This document shows, piece after piece, positions 57,156 through 64,000 of a DNA stretch of 64,000 nucleotides. Numbering within the stretch: the first letter of the stretch is position 1; each line of letters opens with the position of its first letter. The notes beneath the pieces are model-generated. The model was given only the letters and a program-made list of their open reading frames with translations, was not told the DNA's origin and searched no databases. The stretch is from Terrimicrobiaceae bacterium (GTDB taxonomy: Bacteria; Verrucomicrobiota; Verrucomicrobiia; Chthoniobacterales; Terrimicrobiaceae): the NCBI GenBank assembly GCA_044342325.1, contig JBIIPZ010000001.1, positions 64,001-128,000 on the forward strand, in the 5' to 3' direction. The translations under genes and the position numbers were made by a program.

Positions 57156-58796
57156 TCAAGCTTTTTGTAGGAGTGAGGAGGCCCGACGTGCGTTGGCACC
57201 CCGAGAAAATTGATCCAGCGAGGAGCATAGTTTTTCGCGGAGGGCGGCGTGTTCGTGGTGTAGGCTGCCAATGAGGCCGCCAAGGGACAGCGCGAGGCGG
57301 GTATCGCCGGATTCGAGATGTCTTCCGGCGTGATGCAGAAGATAATCCTGTTGGAGCGATGTGTCGTTGTAACGGCCGAGGCGGTTCTGGAGTTTTGCCA
57401 GTTGCCTAGCAAGGGGATCGACTGTCTCCGCTGGAAAGAGATGGCCAAAGCACTCCAGAAGATAGCGCATTTTTTTACAATCGATGCGGATCGAGTGGAT
57501 CACCGGGTCCGGAGTTTCCGCAGTGATCGATTTGCTGATTTTGCGAATACGGCGGAAGCGTTTCAGAATTCGCTCTCCGGCAACTGCGAGGATCGGACGC
57601 GTGGAATTTGGTGTGGCATCCATCGAGTGAGCCGAACCCCATGCATTTTGAAGCGAGGCTATGTGGTTTTTGTAGGTATCGGAGCTAAAAAACTCCGCAA
57701 CCCGCGCCGCTTCGAGTTGGCGCTCAGCCTTGAGTTCCTCGAAGAACGAATCAAGCCCGCTTCGAATTTCCTCGGGCAGCATGTTTTCAAGACGGCGTCG
57801 CGAGAGAAGATAAACATCGAAATCGCGCAGGGCGTTTGTTCTGCGGCAAAGGTCGCCGATTTGTTTCTTCCATGCTTCGGCGAGGTGCTCGGGAAAAACG
57901 CCTTTCATTTGGCCGGTCACCGAGCGGAGTTTGCGGAGCGAGACGCGGTAGTCGTGGAGAAATTCCGTGTCGATATCCTTGATTATGCCTTCCTCATTCC
58001 AGCGGGCGATGGACAGCAGGCTGCTGAAGATTTCCAGCAGGACGGTGCGGGCGTGTGTCTCTGGAGCAAAGGCGAGCCGGAGTTTCAGCGAGTAGGGCGC
58101 CGGGCGCACCCTGCAGAGCTTGTAGGCTTCCTGGACAAGGTTCTCGTGGGTTGGTCGGCAGTCGGCGGCTATCAAGGCCTGAGCAACCGCTCCCATGTCG
58201 AATTTCACGCCTGCGACAGGAAGGACTTCGACCAGGGTTGTCCGAACTTTTCGCGATCTTGTGGTCGCAATCCGGCACACCGCAAGGCGGAAGACAATCC
58301 GGCGCGATGCATCGTGGGCCTCGAAAAAATCCCGCTGCAAATGCACCGAAGCCGTCTTCCGCAGCGCACGGATATCCGTCAAGTCGCCCAGTTGAGTGCG
58401 CAGCGGTCCCTCCGAAAAATCCTCCGCGAATTTTGGGGTTTGCGGGGTATCGGCTGATCGAAACAATTCGTCACCCGCTTGGAGCGTCCATCCATTTTCG
58501 TTCGCCAGAATGGCGTTGCCGAACCAGAGGCTCCACACATGGGTGTCGTAAAAATCGCACGGGCGGGATTCGGATTCGATCCTCCGGAGGCTCAGGTCTT
58601 TAAATATGCGGGGTTTGATTTCAAAGGAGCCCCTGCAAACAAAGTGATGCACAGCGGCGGCATCCGGCGCGGATTCGTCGGGAGCTATGTGGAATGGATT
58701 TTCCGGTTTCAACAAAGGGAAATCAAATGTCGCAGGTTGGATTTTGCAATGGGGGTGAAGGACTCTCCGGCCAATCAGTAAACTTCGGGAACCCAC
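57156..58796 (-). CDS. CHAD-domain polyphosphate-binding protein with N-terminal extension
   Basis: DTEFLHDYRVSLRKLRS, LRDFDV, IHSIRIDCKKMRY, LQNRLGRYND; start uncertain (TTG 58712 plausible). Confidence 0.85.
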   Translation of the reverse strand: MGSRSLLIGRRVLHPHCKIQPATFDFPLLKPENPFHIAPDESAPDAAAVHHFVCRGSFEIKPRIFKDLSLRRIESESRPCDFYDTHVWSLWFGNAILANENGWTLQAGDELFRSADTPQTPKFAEDFSEGPLRTQLGDLTDIRALRKTASVHLQRDFFEAHDASRRIVFRLAVCRIATTRSRKVRTTLVEVLPVAGVKFDMGAVAQALIAADCRPTHENLVQEAYKLCRVRPAPYSLKLRLAFAPETHARTVLLEIFSSLLSIARWNEEGIIKDIDTEFLHDYRVSLRKLRSVTGQMKGVFPEHLAEAWKKQIGDLCRRTNALRDFDVYLLSRRRLENMLPEEIRSGLDSFFEELKAERQLEAARVAEFFSSDTYKNHIASLQNAWGSAHSMDATPNSTRPILAVAGERILKRFRRIRKISKSITAETPDPVIHSIRIDCKKMRYLLECFGHLFPAETVDPLARQLAKLQNRLGRYNDTSLQQDYLLHHAGRHLESGDTRLALSLGGLIGSLHHEHAALREKLCSSLDQFSRGANARRASSLLQKA

Positions 58797-59683
58797 ATTT
58801 CCTTGGGAACATCGTGCCGGTGGTAATCCGGATGATGGATTCGGGCGGGCAGAGTGATCGGGGCGTGAGGCACTGCTTCGTAGGGGACTTGGCTCAGAAG
58901 GTGCGCGATACAGTTCAAGCGGGCCTTCTTTTTATCCACCGCATGGACGACCCGCCACGGAGCCTCCGGGATGCTCGTGCGCTGGAGCATGACCTCCTTG
59001 GCTTTGGTATAGTCCTCCCAGCGGGTGCGCGATTCGAGGTCCATCGGGCTGAGTTTCCACTGCTTCAAGGGATCCTGAATACGCGCGTTGAAGCGGAATT
59101 CCTGCTCGGCGTCTGTGATCGAGAACCAGTATTTGATGAGCTGAATTCCGGAACGCACGAGCATCTTCTCAAACTCCGGCACATCGTTGAAAAATTGTCC
59201 GTATTCCTCGACGGAGCAGAAGCCCATGACGCGCTCGACGCCGGCGCGGTTATACCAACTACGGTCGAAGAGAACGATCTCGCCCGCCGCCGGGAGGTGC
59301 GCGACATAGCGCTGGAAATACCACTGCGTCCGCTCACGGCTGTTCGGTGCTGGCAGCGCTGCCACGCGGCAAACGCGTGGGTTCATCCGTTGGGAAATGC
59401 GTTTGATGACTCCTCCTTTGCCTGCGGCATCGCGGCCTTCGAAAATAATGACGATCTTTTTTCCCGTTTTGACGACCCAGTCCTGGAGCTTCACCAATTC
59501 ACTCTGGAGGCGGAAGAGTTCGCGGAAATAAGTTTGGCGGAACGCGTGGTCGGTGGCTTTCGAATCCGCATTGCCTGCCCCGGGGCCGACTGTCTCCTCC
59601 AGTTCGAGTTCCAGTTCCTCGTCGAGATTGTCGAGGATTTCTTGGCGGATTCGTTGGTGAAGGTCGTCGGGTTCTTTTGTCAT
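58775..59683 (-). CDS. ppk2: Polyphosphate kinase 2
   Basis: FEGRDAAGKGG, QWYFQRY, FDRSWYNRAGVE, WKLSPMD. Confidence 0.96.
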   Translation of the reverse strand: MTKEPDDLHQRIRQEILDNLDEELELELEETVGPGAGNADSKATDHAFRQTYFRELFRLQSELVKLQDWVVKTGKKIVIIFEGRDAAGKGGVIKRISQRMNPRVCRVAALPAPNSRERTQWYFQRYVAHLPAAGEIVLFDRSWYNRAGVERVMGFCSVEEYGQFFNDVPEFEKMLVRSGIQLIKYWFSITDAEQEFRFNARIQDPLKQWKLSPMDLESRTRWEDYTKAKEVMLQRTSIPEAPWRVVHAVDKKKARLNCIAHLLSQVPYEAVPHAPITLPARIHHPDYHRHDVPKEMWVPEVY

Positions 59684-59766
59684 GATGCGATTTTCTCTCT
59701 AACCTTCCGGACTGTCCACAATCCGCCGCTTGTGAACTTTTCGTGACACAAGCGAAGCGAGGGCGC

Positions 59767-61221
59767 TCAGACGCCGGGCGGGCGCTGGCTCGAAAAACCC
59801 GCCGCCGTCTCATAGGCGTCGGCGATTCCCAGAAGGCGGGTTTCATCCAGCGCCTTGCCGAGGAATTGCAGTCCGACAGGAAGCTTTGAGCCGCCCTCCT
59901 CCACGAATCCGCACGGCACACTGATGCCGCAAATTCCGGCGAGGTTGGTCGCGATGGTGAAAATATCCGCCAGATACATGCGGAGCGGGTCGTCCACGCG
60001 CTCGCCGATTTTGAAGGCCGCATCGGGTGATGTCGGGCAGATGAGGGCGTCCACTTTTTCAAAGGCGTTTTTGAAATCCTGCCGGATGAGCGTGCGAACC
60101 TTCTGGGCGCGCAGGTAGTAGGCATCGTAGTAACCGCTTGAGAGAACATAGGTGCCGAGAATGATGCGGCGTTTGACCTCGCTGCCGAAGCCCTCCTCCC
60201 GAGAGCGCATGTAGTGGTCGAGCAGGTCGCGCGGATTCTTGGCGCGATGGCCGTAACGCACGCCGTCGAAGCGGGCCAGATTCGCCGAGGCCTCTGCTGT
60301 GGCGATGATGTAATACACGCCCACGGCATACGAGGTGTGCGGAAGCGAAACCTCAATGATCTCAGCTCCGAGTTCCTTGCAGCGCTGGATGGCTGCCTCG
60401 ACTTGCGAGCGGACGCTTGGGTTCATGCCGTCCACGAAATATTCCTTCGGAACGCCCAGCTTCACGCCTTTCAAGTCGCCGCCGAGCTTCGCGGTGAAAT
60501 CCTCCGCCGGCAGGTCGAGTGAGGTCGAGTCGTGCGAATCCTTGCCGGTGATGACATTTAAAATAGAGGCGCAATCCCGCGTCGTGCGGGCAATCGGGCC
60601 GATCTGGTCGAGGGATGATGCGAAGGCTACGAGGCCGTAGCGGGACACGCGGCCGTAGCTGGGCTTGAGGCCGACCACGCCGCAGAGCGCGGCCGGTTGG
60701 CGGATCGAACCGCCCGTGTCGCTGCCGAGAGTGGCGAAAGCCTCACGGGCCGCTACCGATGCCGCCGAGCCGCCGCTCGAGCCGCCCGGAATGCGTGTGG
60801 TATCCCAAGGATTGCGGGTCTTTTTGTAGGCGGAATTTTCGGTGGAGGAGCCCATGGCGAACTCGTCCATGTTCAGTCGGCCGTAGGGAATCGCTCCCGC
60901 CGCACGGAGCTTGCCGATGACGGTCGCGTCGTAGGGCGATTTGAATCCGGCGAGCATTTTGGAGGAGCAGGTGCAGGACTCGCCGAGCACATTGATAGCG
61001 TCCTTGATGCCGATGGGCACGCCGCCGAGAGGGAGGTTGATGTCCGCTTTCTCCGCAGCCGCCAGGGCCGTTTCAAAATCGCGGGAAAGGTAGGCGTCGA
61101 TCGAGGGATCCACGGCAGCAATGCGTGCCTCGAGTGCGCGCAGTGCATCGGCGGGTGTGAAGTCTCCACGGCGGAAACCTGCTTGGAGTTCAGAAATGCT
61201 GAGATCGGTGAGTTCGCTCAT
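59767..61221 (-). CDS. gatA: Glu/Asp-tRNA amidotransferase subunit A
   Basis: NMDEFAMGSSTENS, PGGSSGGSAA, GSDTGGSIRQPA, SSGYYDAYY. Confidence 0.97.
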   Translation of the reverse strand: MSELTDLSISELQAGFRRGDFTPADALRALEARIAAVDPSIDAYLSRDFETALAAAEKADINLPLGGVPIGIKDAINVLGESCTCSSKMLAGFKSPYDATVIGKLRAAGAIPYGRLNMDEFAMGSSTENSAYKKTRNPWDTTRIPGGSSGGSAASVAAREAFATLGSDTGGSIRQPAALCGVVGLKPSYGRVSRYGLVAFASSLDQIGPIARTTRDCASILNVITGKDSHDSTSLDLPAEDFTAKLGGDLKGVKLGVPKEYFVDGMNPSVRSQVEAAIQRCKELGAEIIEVSLPHTSYAVGVYYIIATAEASANLARFDGVRYGHRAKNPRDLLDHYMRSREEGFGSEVKRRIILGTYVLSSGYYDAYYLRAQKVRTLIRQDFKNAFEKVDALICPTSPDAAFKIGERVDDPLRMYLADIFTIATNLAGICGISVPCGFVEEGGSKLPVGLQFLGKALDETRLLGIADAYETAAGFSSQRPPGV

Positions 61222-61222
61222 T

Positions 61223-61510
61223 TTATTCAATCACTTTGGTCACCACGACGAGGTTGTTTGCGGAGTGCGGCGCATTGGCGAGCGCTGCCTCGCGGGTCAG
61301 GCCAGGATGGGAAACATCCTCGCGGAGGACATTGAAAACAGGGTTCGCGTGGGCCGTGGGCTCCACATTGGAAACATCGAGCGTCTTGAGTTGCTCGACA
61401 TATTCCAGCACGCGGCCGAGCTGCGATTGGAATGTGGTGGCTTCTTCGTCGGTGAGTTCGATGCGGGCCAGGCGGGCGACATCTCGGACATCAAGGTTGG
61501 GACTGCTCAT
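61223..61510 (-). CDS. gatC: Glu/Asp-tRNA amidotransferase subunit C
   Basis: VARLARIEL, LDVSNVEPT, LREDV, ALANAP. Confidence 0.93.
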   Translation of the reverse strand: MSSPNLDVRDVARLARIELTDEEATTFQSQLGRVLEYVEQLKTLDVSNVEPTAHANPVFNVLREDVSHPGLTREAALANAPHSANNLVVVTKVIE

Positions 61511-61562
61511 GCGCGGATATTGGTAGGAGTTCGAGGGCGATTTGTCCAAAAGTTTGATCCCG

Positions 61563-62321
61563 TCACGGTAGAATCTCCCGCAGGCGTTCGACCAGCGGAT
61601 GCTCGACGCGCTGCGTTTGGCCATCCGGATCAAGCAAAAGCAGGTGTCCTTCCGGATCCAATCCCGTGAAAAGTCCGGCAACGCTTCCACCCGTGGAGAG
61701 CTGGATCTCAACAGGCGAGGGGACCTGCCAGCTTTGGTTGAGTTCCTCGATGGCCGCCGCCATGCCGCCGCTTTGCATTTCGGCATGCGCGCTAGAGAGT
61801 GCCTCCAGGACGCCATGCGCTACGGCAGCGATATCTGGCGGCTCGATCCACTCGGCGAGGTTCGTGGCTGTGGCGCGGAGGGCGGGATCGTCCAGCCATG
61901 GTTCGTTGGTGATGTTTAATCCAAACCCGACGATGAGCATGCCGCTGGCGGGTTGCTCGATGAGCAGACCTGCCACTTTGCGCGGTCCGCACATGAGATC
62001 GTTCGGCCAGCGAAGGCGCGCGGAGGGGATGCCGAGGCTTTTCAGGTAGCGCAGCAGGCACGCGCCAACGCGGAGTGAAAAACCCGCCCACTGCTCCGGC
62101 ATTCCAATTGCCGGCATCGCTGCTGAAATCCACAGACCGCCCTGCCCTGAAACAAACGCCCTCCCGAAACGCCCCCGGCCCTTGCTTTGCACATCCGCCC
62201 GCACCGCCGACCATGCCGCCAGTTCGCGACAAATATCGTTCGTCGATCCAGCCGAGGGATAATGCCGCAACACCCACTCCGTTCCACACCCCGTCAGATA
62301 TTTTTCCTCTTCAAAATTCAC
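61563..62321 (-). CDS. birA: Biotin-protein ligase (no N-terminal HTH)
   Basis: GSTN, QSKGRGRFGR, LRWPNDL, KVAGLLIE, VGFGLN. Confidence 0.9.
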   Translation of the reverse strand: MNFEEEKYLTGCGTEWVLRHYPSAGSTNDICRELAAWSAVRADVQSKGRGRFGRAFVSGQGGLWISAAMPAIGMPEQWAGFSLRVGACLLRYLKSLGIPSARLRWPNDLMCGPRKVAGLLIEQPASGMLIVGFGLNITNEPWLDDPALRATATNLAEWIEPPDIAAVAHGVLEALSSAHAEMQSGGMAAAIEELNQSWQVPSPVEIQLSTGGSVAGLFTGLDPEGHLLLLDPDGQTQRVEHPLVERLREILP

Positions 62322-62435
62322 TCACCTAAACAAAACACTCCAGCAGCATTTACAAGATCAACAGAACCACTGGAACGCCACTCGAGGCTTCGAGCGCCAA
62401 GTAAAAATAACGCCCATATAGCCTTATCCAAAATT

Positions 62436-62464
62436 TCTCCGTGCCCTTTGTGTCCTCTGTGGTC
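62436..62464. repeat. Short 9-mer-periodic intergenic element
   Basis: tctccgtgc-cctttgtgt-cctctgtgg; reverse reads ACCACAGAGGACACAAAGGGCACGGAGA. Single copy in the window. Confidence 0.45.
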
Positions 62465-62540
62465 AATCCCTCCCGATGCGCACCCAAGAAAGACATTGCC
62501 CCTCGGGCGGTTTTCCAAAACATTACCCGTCTTTCTTTTC

Positions 62541-64000
62541 ATGAGCACCGACACACAGGAACCAAAGCCACTCAGCGCAAACGAAGTCCTCAAAGCCGCA
62601 TCGCACCACCTGCGCGGCACGATCGCCCAGGAACTCGCCGACACCTCCACGGGAGCCATCGCCGAGGAGACCGGTCAGCTGACGAAATTCCATGGGCTTT
62701 ATCTTCAAGACGACCGTGACCTCCGCGTGGCGCTCAAGAAGGCGGGTAAGGAAAAAGCCTTCTCCTTCATGCTCCGTGTGCGCCTGCCCGGCGGCAAGGC
62801 AACGCCCGCCCAGTGGCTCGTTCTCAATAAGCTCGCGGGGGATGTCTCCTCGCCCTCGCTCCGTCTCACCACGCGCCAAACCTTCCAATTCCACGGCGTG
62901 CTCAAGGGCAATGTCAAAAAGCTCGTCAAGGGCATGCACCAGGTTCTCCTCGATTCCATCGCCGCCTGTGGTGATGTGAACCGCAATGTCATGGCGCCGC
63001 CAAACCCCGAGCGCAGCGTGGCGGCCCAGCAGGTCTACGATGCCGCTGTGTCCTGGAGCGAATTCGCCCTTCCTAAAACCCGTGCCTACCATGAAATCTA
63101 CCTCGATGAGGAACTCGTCGCCGGCGGCGAGCCCGAGCGCGAGCCCATGTATGGAGACACCTACCTCCCGCGCAAATTCAAGACCGGCTTTGTGCTGCCT
63201 CCCTCTAACGATGTGGATGTCTTTTCCCAGGATCTTGGCTACATCGCGATCATCGAGGACGGCAAGCTCGTCGGCTACAATGTCACGGTCGGCGGCGGGC
63301 TCGGAATGAGCCATGGAAATGCCGAAACCTTCCCGCGCCTAGCCGATGTTCTGGGCTTCATCACTCCCGACCAGGTCAATAAAGTCGGAGAGGCCATCCT
63401 CACCACCCAGCGTGACTTCGGCGACCGCACAAACCGCAAGCATGCGCGTCTCAAATACACCATCCAGGATCGCGGCATTGCCTGGTTCAAAGGCGAGGTC
63501 GAGAAACGCTCGGGCATTGTCTTTGGTCCGGCCCGCGACTTCCATTTCACCACGATTCAAGATCCCTTTGGTTGGCACGAGTGCACCGACGGCACTTGGT
63601 TTTACGGCTTGCACATTCTCAGCGGACGCATCATCGACAAGGAAGGCTGGGCGATGAAAACCGCCCTCCGCGAAATCGCCGAAATCCATACCGGCGACTT
63701 CCGCCTCACTCCTTCCCAAAACCTCACCATCTCCGGCGTCACCGCCGCACAGAAGCCTGTCATTGAAGCGATCCTCGCCAAGCACGGTCTCGACAAGGAA
63801 AACGACCGCTCTGGCATGCGTTTGAATGCCCTCTCCTGCGTGGCCCTGCCCACCTGTGGCCTCGCCCTCGCCGAGAGCGAGCGCGCCCTGCCCGAGTTGC
63901 TCGAAAAATTCGAAACCGTCCTCGAGGAGCACGGCCTCGCCCACGATGCCATCAGCATCCGCATCACCGGTTGCCCGAACGGCTGCGCCCGACCCTACCT
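62541..64000 (+). CDS. cysI: Sulfite reductase hemoprotein subunit; runs off the window edge
   Basis: Manual translation (not in ORF track): MSTDTQEPKPLSANEVLKAASHHLRGTI, KFHGLYLQDDRD, YLPRKFK, CVALPTC, ITGCPNGC. Confidence 0.93.
   Translation, partial: MSTDTQEPKPLSANEVLKAASHHLRGTIAQELADTSTGAIAEETGQLTKFHGLYLQDDRDLRVALKKAGKEKAFSFMLRVRLPGGKATPAQWLVLNKLAGDVSSPSLRLTTRQTFQFHGVLKGNVKKLVKGMHQVLLDSIAACGDVNRNVMAPPNPERSVAAQQVYDAAVSWSEFALPKTRAYHEIYLDEELVAGGEPEREPMYGDTYLPRKFKTGFVLPPSNDVDVFSQDLGYIAIIEDGKLVGYNVTVGGGLGMSHGNAETFPRLADVLGFITPDQVNKVGEAILTTQRDFGDRTNRKHARLKYTIQDRGIAWFKGEVEKRSGIVFGPARDFHFTTIQDPFGWHECTDGTWFYGLHILSGRIIDKEGWAMKTALREIAEIHTGDFRLTPSQNLTISGVTAAQKPVIEAILAKHGLDKENDRSGMRLNALSCVALPTCGLALAESERALPELLEKFETVLEEHGLAHDAISIRITGCPNGCARPY

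Noticed and set aside
62523..63967. Minus-strand ORFs at the right edge
   Set aside because: Antisense to cysI, which the ORF track missed because it has no stop inside the window.

Overview
GC-rich bacterial chromosomal window, most likely Verrucomicrobiota (Spartobacteria/Chthoniobacterales-like). The lineage is inferred from the long Chlamydia-type GreA and overall gene content, not from a marker search. Most of it is housekeeping: proB, holB, mlaEFDCA, tRNA-Leu(CAG), ubiE/menG, pfkA, dac, trpS, greA, kdsD, rluE, pfp, gltB, hpt, ruvA, gatCA, birA, cysI. Several accessory or odd blocks are embedded. (1) An ECF sigma/anti-sigma operon whose HtrA-like gene, absent from the ORF track, has Gly at all three catalytic-triad positions; a flavin-dependent halogenase-like gene lies upstream. 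(2) A decayed sugar locus (GH36 and FAD-oxidoreductase pseudogenes) fused in frame to the N-terminal half of an IS110 recombinase, whose left end appears inserted exactly inside a GGGAG-type REP element; that REP family has about 7 other copies here. (3) A complete, somewhat AT-richer chemosensory cluster including an inverted soluble MCP and a REC-pseudoREC-STAS protein. (4) A KS-less acyl-carrier cluster (PlsC, deacetylase, ACP, LpxL-like, FabZ-like, methyltransferase) followed by a sodium:solute-symporter-like permease fused to an enediyne-type hot-dog thioesterase and a GH75 chitosanase-like lipoprotein. (5) A ppk2-CHAD-(CYTH+Nudix) polyphosphate module. All calls come from reading motifs by eye; no database search was run.
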